Shown here piece by piece: positions 35,327 through 50,200 of a DNA stretch of 64,000 bases (its first letter is position 1; each line of letters starts with the position of its first letter). The position numbers were made by a program, and so were the translations under genes. This DNA comes from Adineta vaga (taxonomy: Eukaryota > Animalia > Rotifera), in the NCBI GenBank assembly GCA_021613535.1, contig CP075492.1, positions 4,526,001-4,590,000 of the forward strand, in the 5' to 3' direction. The notes beneath the pieces were generated by a model that worked only from the letters and a program-made list of their open reading frames with translations, made no database searches and was not told where the DNA came from.

Positions 35327-38300
35327 ATGAATGAACATCATCGGTCAATATTACATCGAATTGAATTACGTCGTCGAAGTGAACGAGATAAATTCGGTTT
35401 TGCTATACAATATGAACAACCTTGCTCAATTTGTGTCTATTCAGGAAGTTTAGCTCAAGCTTGTGGTTTACGTTCAGGACAAATTTTAGCCAAAGTTAAT
35501 GGTTATAATGTCTTAGATGCAAGACATGATGATGTTAAACGACTTGTTTATGCTAAACACACCAATGTACTTGTCTTAGAAGTAAGATTTTATATTGAAT
35601 CATATATTTTATTTTTTTGAATAAGAAAATATCCGATTATTTCTAGGTTCTCGATCCCGACGATGATATCGACGAAGATGATAGTATTAATTGTAAAGAA
35701 AATATCTTATCACCATCATCGTGTCATGTAACATCGAAAATTTCAGTGAATGATGCACTTCGTGGACGAATTCTTCGTGAAAATAATACTGGTTCATCTT
35801 CCTCAACACTTCATAAATATCCAATAAAACATTATTATAAAAAAGCTCGCGAATCTCTAACATCATCATCACAAGATTCAACAACTAGTACAACATCCGA
35901 TCAATTAATGAATCATCGTCAAAAATCGTTTCCTAATATTAACCGTCAACGTCTTTCTAAAGTTATTATTAGTACTAATCTTCGAATGTATTTATCACAA
36001 ATCAATGATATTATTCTTTTAAAAGATATGTATTCATCTTTAACACCCGGTGTTAATCTGATTGATTCTCAATCATCTCTATCATTTAAACATCAAACAT
36101 TATATACATTTTCTTCGATTGATTTTCTCGGTCATTTCGATATTGATCATAATAGTAAAAATCAAACTGATTTAGTAAAAAGTGTTCAAAAATTTCTTAA
36201 ACGTTCAATTCTAAATCCAACAATTCAACAAGTTCAAATTCATATTCAATGTAAACAATTTCAAATTACACCACTTTGGTTTCATTTCTTAGCAGGCAAA
36301 TATCTAAGTTATATTTGTTTATTTCATACTCAACCAACATTATTTGCATTAATACTTTATTGTTCAATTAAAATCGATGAAAATATTAATAAATTAAAAT
36401 ATGAACATAATGCAAGTTCCATGTTCGTTTTTCGTGCATCATCAATTGAAGAACGAAATCGTATTATACAATGTTTATTTACAAGAGCGAAACATTGTTC
36501 AAATGAACAATGTAATATAGAAAGTAAACATCGAAAACATCATTTAGATGAACCAGGTTTGTTAGTTTTCAATATCATTTATGACAAACATACGTTGACG
36601 TCAGAGAGAACTTGAATATACTTCATTCTTTCTTTTAAACTGATTTGTAGACTAAGATTTATTTAGATACATGTTCAACGAACAGTTCATGTGCAACATC
36701 CATTGATTCAAATATTGATTCGTGTACAACAGGAACGACTTCTCAATCATCCGTTGAATCATCATCACCGAATCCTCTACGATCTTCGATTGAAGAAGAT
36801 GACGAAGAAGAAGAAGACGACAATGATCAACATCAACGAAGTATTCCACCACCACCTGAGTAAAGATGAATTTCTATTCAAAAATCCTTATCTAAACATT
36901 TTATTTCGTTCAGATTTTGTCACGATGATGACTCATGTCCAGTTCCCTGTTCATCATCCTCCTCTTCCTCACTTTCCGATGGTGATTTACTTGATAATCC
37001 CTTACCCAGTGCAAATTTAATATCGACAGCAACGACTGGTCAATTTCTATGGATTGATCATCATCCACGTCGTCATTCAATTGCCAATGATACACATTTA
37101 ATCGAAGCAAACACATTTCATTATCATCCGTCCAGTCCTTTTGTTGATCATCCACCATCAATCGAAGATCTACGTGCACGATTCGCTTCAGCGTACATTC
37201 TAACAACTGCTCCTGTATGTATTTCGAGAGTTTCTTTTCGAAATATCTCATTGATATTTTGCTTTTTTTTTCCCCAATCAGTCATTAACAGCGATTCATA
37301 ATGATGAAGAATTATCTATACAACATGAAACAAGTATCAATGAAGGTTCAATTGATATTAATGAAGAACATTGTTCAGCAACATCATGGACGATATGTTT
37401 TGAAAAACTACTCGGCGATGAAATGGGTTTACATGTCTTTACAGAATTTTTAAAGAAAGAATTTAGTCAAGAAAATATTCAATTTTGGATTGAATGTGAA
37501 AATTTTAAGAAATTAATCAATCCAGATGAAGTAAGTTAATGTCTTTTGGTGAGAAACTGGACGAAAATTGTTTTGATAATATTTCATTTAAAGATTCGTA
37601 CAAGAGCGAATTTGATTTGGTCAACATATTTACATGATACAGATGATGGTTCATGTCGGATTAATATCGATAATCGTACACGACAAGAATGTAAACAATT
37701 ATTATTAAAAAATCCAACAATACATCTTTTTGAAAAAGCTCAATCTCAGATCTTTCATTTAATGAAATATGATTCTTATACCAGATTTTTAAAGTCAGAT
37801 ATTTATAAAGATTGCATTCGAAATGAAATGGAAGGTAAATCAATGAATTATTCAAAACAACAAATAACCAAAACGAATGAACAACAACGAACAACTAATT
37901 TCGTATGAAAACTTATCTTGTTCTTGTTAAGCATCTTTGTTTCTCTTTCTCTTTTAGATTAAATTGAAAGAAGAAGAAAAAAAAGATAAGAAAAAAAGCA
38001 CTTTTTTACCTTGGACAAAAGGTAAGCAGATTTTCTTAATTGATTTCATCGAGGAAGAATTTATCAAGTTGAAAAGAAAACCTTATCTCAACAAAGATCA
38101 GATAAATTTGAATAGAAACTAATTATTCGTTTCTTTTTTATTCTGAAAAAAGAGTGAATAAAAAAAAGGTCATCTTATCTATTCTTCATAGAAGAAAATC
38201 TCACGACTCGTTCCATTAATCATTTAATCAAATCAAACAAAGTTCATATATATATACTTAAGATGTTCGAATAGAACTAAACATGCAGTTTTCTTTTTTT

Positions 38301-38804
38301 TGTCCCCGTTATCTGAGACAAACAAGCTAATTGGTTCGCCTTCGTCTCTTATTACATCGATTACTGTTGAAAGATTTCCTGATAAATGAATCAATATATT
38401 TTACAAGTAACATTGAACTGTCTTATCGTACATTTGACAGATAGTCAAGGGAGAAGAAAACAGACTGGTAGATGTAAATTATCTGCCAGACTTGTTGGAT
38501 AAATCAAGAAAGAGAGATAGAAGATTTCAACGAAAGAACGAAAGTACCTTAATTAATGATGAATATTAATGGAATATTTCTTCAATCTATTTAATAAAAG
38601 ATGACATTTTGATATATCTTCTAGCTTTTTCCAAATGGAAACGACCAATAGCATCAAGTATGTACCTATTCAAATGAATCTATCACGAAAGAAACTAACA
38701 AAATCATTTCTTTAGGTTCTATTCCTTCATCAACAAGTTCCACATTTGATTCTTGTTCAATCAAATCATGTCAGATATCTTCATTTAATACACTTTCACG
38801 TTGA
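35327..38804 (+). CDS. RGS12/loco-like unit A: PDZ + PTB-like + RGS domain with short tail
   Basis: PDZ (KFGFAI...GSLAQACGLRSGQILAKVNG..V) at 35327-35581; PTB-like region at 35647-36556; RGS exons from 37282 (SW..FEKLL...[39 protein letters not shown]); TGA at 38802-38804. Confidence 0.8.
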
Positions 38805-39181
38805 TATTTCATATGTGCATTCTCTCTTTGTTTTTGTGTGATCAAAACTTTTGATATTTTGTTTCTAAATATATATACATATATAATAATCAATACAATT
38901 CAATTAGCTTTTCTTTTTTCTTCTTCGAAATAAATTGTTGCATATTATTTTATAAATAATTGAATGGAGATTTTCTTCTTAAAGTTTCTCATAACAGGTT
39001 TAACTTTTCTTCTTGTCGTTTTCTGTCAGTTTCACAACTTGATGTCAAAAAGTGGCAAGATAAGTAGAAAATTGTTTCTCTTAATAGAGAAAACTAAAAG
39101 CGGAAATTGAAGAGGATTTTATTTGACTGTGAAGTTTTTGAAAAGCAAAATAAAAAAAAACTTTTAATTTCATTTCAAACA

Positions 39182-39238
39182 ATGCGCGCATGTTCGATTA
39201 TCAATGCAACATCAACCATTCGAATCACATACCATTTT
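39182..39238 (+). CDS. Candidate alternative first exon a of RGS unit B
   Basis: ATG, 19 codons, phase-0 donor ttt|GTAAGT. Confidence 0.4.
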
Positions 39239-39891
39239 GTAAGTACAATATTGATCCACTAATTATCATCAGAAATGATATTAATTGAATGGAAAACCTA
39301 CTAATTTTTGTCATAATTGATTAGGTAAAAGCTAAAACGGAGATGAAAGACATGCATCTGTGCGTGTCTAAAATTGCTTGAACGATAAACAACAAGGCGA
39401 AAGAAGAAAAAACATACACGCAAAAGAGAAAAAAAAGAAAAGAATGGCGATTAGAAGGATTCCGTTCTGAGCGCTTCACATTCGTATTAAGGGAATCTTC
39501 TCGTTGACGCCGGTGTTTTCTTATGGGTAGTTATTTGTTAACAAAGTCAAGTTCCTCTTTCTACTACTCGTCCAAATAAATCTATGCGTATGTCTCAGAA
39601 TAATTATTTTCTGTCTCTCTCTGTCTCTGTCTCTCTCTCTTTCTCTTTGTTTCTCGTCCTCTCTATTATTTCTATTTATCTACTTGTTTTCCTCTTCGGT
39701 TTTGAATAGCAGCAAAAAAAAGGCACTAGCTATTGTTATTATTGGCTATGTTGACACAGGAGCTTTCTATTGCTCAGATTCGTGATGAAACTTATTGTAA
39801 TATCTGACACGAACGTAGGTGTCCTTGGTTTTTTATTCTTGTTAGATGAAATAGATTTATTCAGACGAATGAATATTCGTTTTTCTAAACG

Positions 39892-40116
39892 ATGAATCAT
39901 CCATTAAATATTAGAAAACTTCCCTCACCGTCGTCGCCCAAGACAACAAATTGTTCTTTTCATGGACGAAAACTTGACAATCAAGATCAAGTGCCTGAAC
40001 ATTCCACATTATCATCTTCACCAGCAAATCCGTCGACATATTTAGCTGCTAATAGTGTATGGAATAACATGGCAACTATTGATTCTTTGAAATTGGATGA
40101 TGAGCGCAAGAAACAG
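39892..40116 (+). CDS. Candidate alternative first exon b of RGS unit B
   Basis: ATG, 75 codons, S/P-rich, phase-0 donor cag|GTAGAA. Confidence 0.6.
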
Positions 40117-40851
40117 GTAGAAATAAAACGAGAGAAGGAAATCATTTATTGACTTACGAGTAAAGTGATCTTTTCGATATTAGATTTCTTTGTTTTTTTC
40201 TTAATAATTCGACGAAAAAAAAGACTCTTGAAATAGGATGATGAGATTCTTTAAAAAGTAATTAAATAAATTGAACAATATCTTCCTAATATTCTGACAT
40301 TAAATGACAAAGTAGATTTGTTCATATATTAATATTTACTTCATTTTCTAACTGAATTCTTCGACATAGAGATGAAAAGATAAGAAATAACAATTAAGTA
40401 ATATTAATCTTGAATTGAAAAGAGTATTTGTCAGAAATTATTACGAATTATAAGTATGTACTAGAAATGCCTTATGAAAAAAGCTGAGAGAACGATGATG
40501 ACAAATCGATTGGAGTCAAACCGGTGCTTGTAGAAAGTAATGCCAATCAAGCAAATGTCATCTTGGGAATTCGCCTTCATCATTCGTTGACGACAAAGGA
40601 GAGAGAGAGAGGGAGAGAGATGCGAATGAAACGAGAAACCGAGAGGGAGAACACACACATTTCCTGTTGTAATTCCTATTACTGATTGTATATTGAACAA
40701 AGGGACGATGAAAATTCAAATGCGAAATGTGATAATAACAAATCTGATTGTAGAATTCTATGAAATGACAAAGAAATAAACTCTATCTCTTGTTTTCAAA
40801 TACTGACATCTACTTTTCCCCATGGAAAACGTTTTTCATTTTATTTAGACA

Positions 40852-40935
40852 ATGGAAATGAAAACTGTTGGTAAAATGGGTATGGTTCGACGAAAGCAAT
40901 TTCTTCAAAAACGAGATTTTAGTCGATCACATGAG
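40852..40935 (+). CDS. Candidate alternative first coding exon c of RGS unit B
   Basis: ATG, 28 codons (MEMKTVGKMGMVRRKQFLQKRDFSRSHE), phase-0 donor gag|GTAAGA. Confidence 0.5.
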
Positions 40936-42033
40936 GTAAGAATGAAGGAAGTATTTCACGGTGCCTTTAGTTTTGTCTTTTTCTCCTTTGAACATCATCT
41001 AATGATGATGACGAGTTGTGTACGCTAAATAAATATTTGAAAAAAAATTCAACGTTAAAAAAGAGAAAAAAAAGGAACGAGGTAAGTTTTTTTTCTTCTC
41101 TCAAATGTATTTTCTCAAGTAAAAGTGGTAGAGCAAGAAAAGAAAAGAAAACAATAAACGACAGTAAATCAATCATGTGCCAATTAAGAGACAATTTTTA
41201 TCACGTAAGTCTATCTAGAGCAATCGAATATTTAAAAATATGTCAAAATTCTTTTTCTGTTTCTGTTTCTCATTAATTCCACAATAGATAATCATATTTC
41301 TCGTTAATTCAATAGTATTTCCTGAGTATAAACTCTGTTAAATCCTTTATTAATTATATGTTTTTTCAAATAAGGAACGATGAAAAGTTTGGTGCGCTTT
41401 TCTTTCCTTCGAAGAAAACATTTTAATTATTGTTTGAGTCGAGGCTTTTTTTGGCCTTCCGTAATCAAAGAGAATCACTTGTCTGGAAAGAATTTCATCA
41501 GTTTATGCGATGAAATAAGATTTCCGTTGTTGTTTTTTTTTCGAAAATCGACATCGATAAAAAAATCTTGTTATTTCTAATGGACAATCGAAATTGACGA
41601 CATATGTTTGACAGCAATGGAAAGTGTTGGATAAGTCATCTAGTGTGTCGTTTTGTCGATGTTGTTATAATTGCCTGAAGGAAAAACAACAATATCATCT
41701 TATGTTGTTCTTCATTACATGTTGTCTAATTCTTATGTAGAAATACAAGGAAAGAACGATCAATCTCTTGGACATGAAAAGAAAACGAAGCTCTTTAATA
41801 ATCACTTTCAGTTAGATGTAGTTTTATGTCGAACGAGCAGATTAATCATATTGAGAATAGACAAAATAGGAGAAGAATTCCCACGAGTTTAGACTTTTGT
41901 TTCCGATATAGACAACATGTTACTGATGAAGTTGTATATTCGAAAGCCAATCGAGTCATTTGTCAATCGTTGAAAGTGTTCCTTTTTTTTTAAATTTTTT
42001 TTAGACTAGTTTATGTACCGAACTGTTAAGACT

Positions 42034-42034
<1 letters not shown>

Positions 42035-42076
<42 letters not shown>
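42035..42076 (+). repeat. (ATC)14 microsatellite
   Basis: Read directly from the sequence. Confidence 0.95.
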
Positions 42077-42897
42077 GTTGTTTTTGTTGTTGTTGAATAG
42101 ATTGAATTTGACGTTGGTAGAGTCTTGTTCCAATTCATGGAACAAATTCAACTTGCTATTGTAGTGGAGATCATCGTTGTTATTCTTTTCCTCGTTCTTC
42201 CGAAATCTATTAGGGAAACAAAAAGGGAAATCGATCGAGTTAATGGCCATAATGTGAACGAGAATGATCGTTTGTTCGTTCGTTCGTTCGTTCGTTCGTT
42301 CATTTGTTTGTTTGTTATTGAGCAAAAAAGAGAGAGAGAAATATCTCTGTATCTATATTGTTGCTTCATCATGTGTGCATAACATCAACCGAGAGCGTAG
42401 GTTTTATTCGACACTAGGATACAGGGAGAGAGAGAGAGATAGAGAGAAGCACAACGGAATGCTAGGAAAAAAAGGAAGCAAGCTCTCCCATCATCATCAT
42501 GAATGATTATTGTATTCATTTAAATAGAGATTGTCAGACACGACAGGCCTGTGCTTCTTGCTTTTCTTCTCGATTCTTTGCTTTGACTTTCTCTTTCCCT
42601 CTAGGAAAGCCTACATCATTATGTTTTCTTTTTCTTCAACCAACGACACCGAGTAAATCCTTCTTCTTCATATACATCTACTATCTTCTTCTCTATCTCT
42701 CTTCTCTTGTGTATCTTTATGTGCTTATGACATGGTAGGTGGTCGGCAACTACGATGACAACGATAAGAACAACTATTATAGCAATAATAACGACAACAA
42801 CACAATTCATTTGCTTTGACTTGTGATTTTGCTCTTCGTCTTCTTCTTCTCCTCTTTTAATTATCTTTGATTCACGATATCTTTTCATTATTCACCT

Positions 42898-43080
42898 ATG
42901 AATCCCGTACAATCCAATCGACATTTATTGGATGTCAATCCTCGTCGATTGTCCATGATCAATGCAGCTCATATGAGTGCAACTGGTCATTCCATGCATC
43001 AACGTCGAACATCGATTATCAATTATCATCAACATCGAAATTCTCAATTACGTAAAACAAGTTTTACTACTTCCATCTTG
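42898..43080 (+). CDS. Candidate alternative first exon d of RGS unit B
   Basis: ATG, 61 codons with RRLS, RRTS and RKTS motifs, phase-0 donor ttg|GTATGT. Confidence 0.6.
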
Positions 43081-43187
43081 GTATGTGACAAATTATAATT
43101 AGTTTCACTGGTGGATATTGACATCTAGACAGAAAGAGAAGAAAGAGGAAAATTATCTATCGAAGATTCATATGTTCCTTGAAGCAA

Positions 43188-43219
<32 letters not shown>
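43188..43219 (+). repeat. (ATG)~10 microsatellite
   Basis: Read directly from the sequence. Confidence 0.95.
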
Positions 43220-44778
43220 ACCATTAGAAAAAGAAAAAATGTGTTTATATATATATATATATATGAAGTGAACTCTATTCTTATGATAAATCAACGCTTG
43301 AATGAATTTCTATTGATGAAAAGAAACTAGAAGCATTTATTTCTATTAGTATCTTTTTTATTTTATTTATTCAATCATATAAAGAATCGTTTGTTTTCTT
43401 TGAGCGACGACAGATGTTGAATGTGTTGAAATTAACTAACCTAAGCATCTTTCTTCAACAAATAGAAAATATTTGCATAAGAAAAAACATAACGACTAAG
43501 TGTGTATCGACAAAGATTAAGTCAAGCCCATCAGTAACAGTTAACTAGTATTGATGATGGATCAGTTAATCGCCTTGAGAAATAAATCGTTAATATAATC
43601 AAAAATAAGAAGATATGGAAACAAGATCTTACTTTGAAAGTGTATTTTGTCGATGTGTAGTGTGGATGATATGTTATCTGAAATCTTAATGAACTTTATG
43701 AACGAGAGGAAATGTCGTTTTTTTCCAATTGAGGAAAATTTTATTCGGTTACCTAGAGATAATGAAGTTAATGGAACAATAATCGACGGAAAAACATTTT
43801 CCTATGAGAGATTTTGTTTGGATATTAATATCTTAGGTGAAGATAGAGAAAGAAAATCCACCTCGAGCTGCTCGTTCGACCTTCAATTATAAACAATTTT
43901 CGAGAGAGAAAAAAAGTTCTTCTCTTATGTCGACAGCAGATTATTTACTTCATTTTCTTCTTAAAATCATCTTTGTGAATGTTGGATGTCGTAAGTTAGA
44001 GCGAAACTTGAGAAGAAGTCTGTTCACTTAACATTTAGTTTCAATCGTCCCATGTTTATCTAATTCTTCTTCTTCTTCTTCTTTTCATACGTGAATTCTC
44101 GATTCAGGAAAGATCAGTTCAGCTTCATTGAGTTTATATTTAGTTTTAATAAAATTTGAAACTTCTTTTGAAATCCTAGTAAAATCTTTATCTCTTGTTT
44201 CATCTGTCGGAAGTTGTACTAATTGGTTGCCTGTCGCCATCGGTCTATTCAGTTTGTATCACGCTTGCGGATGCAACATTTATTCATCATTCCGCCTCTA
44301 ATTCTATCTGCGTGAACGCGCACGGGAATCGAATATTGTTTAATAATGAGAATAGACTTGGGCAACATATCTATATATTAAATTTACACGGTACGCATCG
44401 GCATCCAACTTCATTACAAAGAAAGAAAAGAGGTTTTTTTATCTCTATCTTTTGATAGTTCCAATGAAATCTTCTGATTTTACTGTTTTCTTGTTGGTTT
44501 TTTTTCTGCTGTTCGATCTCTCTCCGTTTTTCTTTTCTAATACGATTAGAATTAATAAGAATTTCTCACTCATTCTCATCTCTTTGCTACACACGACATC
44601 TTGAAAACCTATTTCTGTCAATGTTTTCTCTTCTATTCAACATCGACAATAACATAACAAAACATGTCGTAATGAAACTTATACATCTCCTTCTTTCATA
44701 TTATATCTAAATATTGATTTTTTCTAAAACAAAAGAAACATACGAGAATTTGATTTAACAAACCATTGACAATTAAAT

Positions 44779-44883
44779 ATGTCATTATCAACATTCAAAA
44801 CTTTGGATGACTATATCAATGATTGTCCTCGACCGATTCATCGTCTCTCTTGTTATTCACCATTACCCAGCCATGCTGCTCAG
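44779..44883 (+). CDS. Candidate alternative first exon e of RGS unit B
   Basis: ATG, 35 codons, phase-0 donor cag|GTTAGA. Confidence 0.55.
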
Positions 44884-46276
44884 GTTAGAATCTTTTTAAC
44901 AAAAAAAAAAGAAGATTTTTATGTAAAGTATTGCCTTATGTTTTCTTTTGTTTTTCTTAAGAGAAAAGATGTGAACAGATAAATACGTTTCTTTCCTTCA
45001 ATTAAAGAGATTTCTCTTAGAATTTTTTATTAATATCATATTTTGCTTGATTAACTTTTTACTTTTGTTCTACTGATTGTCTTTTTGTTTTTTTGAATTA
45101 GAAGAGGATGTTGATCATTTTCTCTTTCTTTTTCTTCTTCGTTTTCAATGTTGTTTCACACTTGAATAATAACAAATGAGAAATAGTTCGTGATGCCATT
45201 AGACACTCGTGACAAGAGTTTTTTCTTAACAGAAATGACATAGCAAATATATAGAATTGCTTGTTCGAAACCAAATCCAACAAGATTAATTCACATTTAT
45301 TGTCATGTTAAGAAATAAACCTAAGAAAAGACAATCCTACAGAAGAAATAAGCTGATTTATATAGCAGATTTTATTGCCATTCAACGAACAAAGGTAGTT
45401 TACTGTTTTGGATATTAATCTATTTCCTTTTCTTTTTCATTCGTTTGTTTTTTTATTTATCCGATTATCGACATGTTTCTTCCTTTATAAGAATACTTAA
45501 TGTGATTGAACGAATTGTTTGCATTAATAATTGAAATATCTCGAATAAGAACAATTGGTCTTGATAGTTTGTCAATAATCTAGAGAGTATATTTTTTTTA
45601 TCTGATCAATGCAACGTGCATATGGAGATATTCCGAAATCTCTCATCCGAACTAATCTTTTCCGACACGTTGCATCCAATTTCTTCGATTTGTTTTTTCG
45701 TCTATTGAATAGATTTTTTGTAAACTCGTCGATTAGATTTCAATAATTAATTGATTGTTCGATTTTATTAGATGATGATTCGAGATGAATTGTTTCTTGT
45801 TTCGACTTATCTATCGAATCGATGTGATTAATAGAAGGAAAAGAACGAATGAGTTAACTATTGTGTTATTTTTTCTACTTAGTTTCTTTTCTTTTTTATC
45901 CTTCTCAATCATTGAGACTCAATTATTGATTCCAGACGTTCGTTCTACCATTGAATCCATTTGGAAGAAAGACTTCGATGTATTGAAGCATTCTGGACGA
46001 CATAGGATGATGGAGTCGTTGTTTCTATATTGCATGTTAGTGAGCTTTTAAGAATTAGAAGAGTAGCGAACTGTGTTTGTCGAAAACATCTCGAAGAGCG
46101 AATCGAAGAAAGAATTACTTACGTTCTTTTTCTTTCTTTCTTTTTTTCTTTGCTTCACACTCGCAAACAACAATCAATCACTAGAACTATTTGTACTAGT
46201 ACTACAACAACAAAAAATATATCCTTGTTCGACACGAATAGAGTCGTTTGTTTTTTTGGAGAGAAAAAAACCTATC

Positions 46277-46384
46277 ATGCGAAATTGTACTATAAATCCC
46301 AATCATCGTTCATTGATACGAAATTTAGCTATCGGATTTCGTCGTCAGTCCAGTGTAAACGATTATAAACTTCCAAATACATTG
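46277..46384 (+). CDS. Candidate alternative first exon f of RGS unit B
   Basis: ATG, 36 codons with RRQS, phase-0 donor ttg|GTATGT. Confidence 0.55.
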
Positions 46385-47264
46385 GTATGTACTTAAACAA
46401 AGATAGATCATTTTCATCTCATTCGAAATGAGTTGACATGGGAAATAAAGGATCCTATGTGAAAGAAATCTGATTCACTCGTTTTATTGGATTGAGTATT
46501 TTATTGTTTTGCAGGTAGAGAGAAGTAAAAGATAAGCGATTTTTTCCTGCTCGACAAGCAATCATAATGATAGAATCAATGTTAACCACTTGAAATTGAT
46601 TAGATTTGTTCATTTGAGAAGGATACAATTGCGAAATGAGAACGAGTCATATCTCATCATTGTTCAGATGAAAAAGAAAGGAAATAAATCATGGCACTTA
46701 GTTATATTTTCACAAGTTATTTTTCCGATTTTAGACTATGTTATATGAGAGAAAGAGGTGAAATCTAGACAAGTATCTTTAGTTATTTCGATATCTGTGC
46801 ATGTCAAAACGAGAAAGAAAAGAAAACCGAAGGATGACATGTAGAGCGACGATCGTTGTCTTCGTACCAATGTTTTTCTTTCTACATTGATATGTTTTAT
46901 GCATTTCTCGAACAGAGAAAAACATATCAACTAGTGCTTAGAACAGAAGTAATATTTATCACTGCTACTAGCAAGATTTTCATAGAGCAGTCAACTAGTA
47001 AAGAATCAAGCAATAGAGAGACGATGCAAAGCTAAAACAAAAGAGAAATTACACACTTTTTTCCTTCTCCTGTCGTGTTCAATTTCCCTATTTTCCTTTC
47101 TTTCTCTCCTACCAATAATGGCGTCATCTAATAAGGCTAAGTCATGAAACCATCAGAGGTATTAGGACGTCGTATAACACAAAAATTGATTAAGACTAAG
47201 GTATACTTATTATGTCCAATGACATGAAAATGTCATTTTTGTTTCATCATGATCTTTACTTTAG

Positions 47265-50200
47265 TCACTTGCTGTTACCGATGAAGAAGCAGGTGATCTA
47301 TCAGTAACACGTTTATCGATTTCCAATTCATTAACAAGCGTTCATAAACAATGTGAAGATGAAGATGCAGAAGCAACGAATAAATTATTAGATATTGGCC
47401 GTGTTGCTTCATGGGCGGTTGGTTTTGAAAAATTGCTCAATGATGAAATGGGTTTACATGTCTTCACAGAATTTTTAAAGAAAGAATTTAGTCAAGAAAA
47501 TATTCAATTCTGGGTTGAATGTGAAAAACTAAAAACATCAACTGAACCTGATGAAGTTTGTGTGAATCTTTCTTCTTCATATTAGATTTCGTTTTCTTTT
47601 ATAGATTCGTGGAAAAGCAAATTTAATTTGGTCAACGTATTTACATGATACAGATGATGGTTCATGTCGAATCAATATCGATAGTCGAACACGACAAGAA
47701 TGTTATCAATCATTATTACATAAACCAAATGCTCATATCTTCGAAAAGGCTCAATCTCAGATATTTCAATTGATGAAACTTGATTCATATACAAGATTTT
47801 TAAAATCCAATATGTATAAAGAATGTATTATGAGTGAAATGGAAGGAAAATCGATACCATATACCAAACCAATTCAACCACCAGTCATGAATAATGAAGA
47901 ACGATCGAAAGGCAATGATTGTCTTGTATGATATGACTATTTCGAGGAAAGATTTTCAAGAAAAAATGTTCTTTCTTTTCCATAGACAAAAATCAAAGAA
48001 GAAGAGAAAAAAGATAAAAAACGAAGTCCATTGATTCCATGGACGAAAGGTAAGAACTCTAATGACATTCTCACTCTATTCTCGGTTCTTTTTTCCTTCT
48101 TTCTAGCATTTATTAAATGGAAACGTCTATCAGGTTAGTAGATATATTTCTGTATTGTATACATTTTTTCGATTTCTTTAGCTGCGCCCGAGACAAGCAA
48201 GTTTCTTTTATTATTTTTTTTCCTCTTTTGTGATGTCTATTTCCATCAATATCCGTAGACTAAGACAAGAACTTGTCTTACTAGAATAACCCCTATCCTA
48301 GAACAAAATAATTATCTATTTTGTTTTCTCTACCTCCTCGTGCGAACTCGAATGATATCGAGCCACGAATAGATAGAGAAAATATTAGTAATAATGATCA
48401 TCAACTTGTACTGTTGCTATTGCTATTGCTAGTAGACGTTTGGTTTCTGTGTGTGTGTTGATAGCTTGATGTCAGTTGCTGATGCTCTGCATGTGAATGA
48501 GGTGTAAACTGAAAATCAATGATTGATCGATTTAACCTAATCTACTGCTAAAACGCACAAACACACACACACACATGCATTTTCTCTACCACTTTGAAAA
48601 AAAGAACGATAGAGCATGTCACTGATTAATAGTGTTATTAACGCACCATACATATGTTTTATTGCACATTATTTATCTGTCTATATATACTCCTTTCTCT
48701 CTCTCTCTTTTTTATCAGTATTAATTTCATTGATGTTCAATAGATTTGAACATGATGATACTTAATAAGGATATTCACGCACGGCATCTAACCCTTTTAA
48801 TCATTCACATATTTATACTTCTATTTTTCTTTCAATAATCGAATTCTTTCGAATCTACATTCGTCTATTCGTTGCAGTGTCAACCTCGACGAGTCATGCG
48901 CTCAACGAAGATTCCATTGATGATTAGTGTATTTCCGTGTCTTTTCTACTTTTAATCAGGTAGATAGTCAAATGCAAAAAAAATAAATAGCAATCAAATA
49001 AATCATAACTAAAATGCCTATTTTCTCTTTATAAAACTCGAATATCTGATATTTAGTTAAACGTGATACATCTTCTTCATCGTCCATTATGTCTCAAACT
49101 GCAAATGGTAGTACAAATACATCCATCTCTGAAAATTTGAACACATCAATAACCAATAAATCTGCATCTGCTGAATTAACATTCGTTACAAATTTGAATA
49201 AACTTCCAACAGTAACATCATCACTATCACTTCAAAGTCCAACTAAATCTCCATTAAGTCCAATTGGATATGTAAATAAATTGACGAAGATTAATCAACA
49301 AGATTCATCATTAACAAATTTTATTCTACGACCAGATTTCAATCGAGATTTTATTGACAAAAAACTCGTCAATGTAAGTTCATTTATTCGCTCAAAAACA
49401 AATCTCAATTTGATAATCATTTGTCTTTTATAGGATTATTCATTATCATCATCAATCGATATATCACGATTTTGTCGTTTTATCTTTCCGGATTTCACAT
49501 CAGCTGTCATTGTAACAGCAAATGAAAATCAATCGATTCAACATGCAATTAATCGTTTATTTGCTAAAAGAGGTATTACGTGGTATCGAACGGAATTATA
49601 TTCAGCTGATCAGGTAAATAAGTCATCGAAGAAAACTAAAATCACCTGTTTTATTTGATCGACAATTGATTGATTAGATTAATCGAGTTCTTTCCGAATC
49701 ATTACTACAGACAGAAAATAACTTCTACAATCATTCGTTATCTATGTCCTTGTAATCAAGGATGATGACATCAAATTTCTATTGATTAAAAAACGTGTAT
49801 GTTTATCAATTTCAGCAACCTATTGATCTTCAAGAACCATTATCAAGTTTATGTGGTAAAGAAATCTATATTGAATCACGTATCTTACTTCGTATTGATT
49901 TTCCACATGAAATTATTTGTGTACGTTGTGATCCAAAACGATCATTATTACAAATTCTTCAACCAATTTTCGACAAATTTAAATATTCTCTTCGACAATA
50001 TGTTTTCTATAATGTAAATCTAATCTAATATTTTCTCACTTAAATGAATATATTATTCTAGAATGATTCATTAATTCCATTGAATGTCAATGAATTAATT
50101 GCTTGTTATGATAATCAAAGAATATTTGCTATGGACAAAACAGCATCAACAGTTGGTAAGGAAAAAAAACGATTATATTTAGAAAAGAAAAGTCAAATTC

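Noticed and set aside
41016-41087. Seventh alternative first exon (strong gag|GTAAGT donor at 41082)
   Set aside because: No in-frame ATG upstream; at most a non-coding exon.
40461-46930. Many 60-110 aa ORF-track entries in the RGS locus
   Set aside because: They are low-complexity or microsatellite translations and intronic frames; only ATG frames ending at phase-0 donors were kept.
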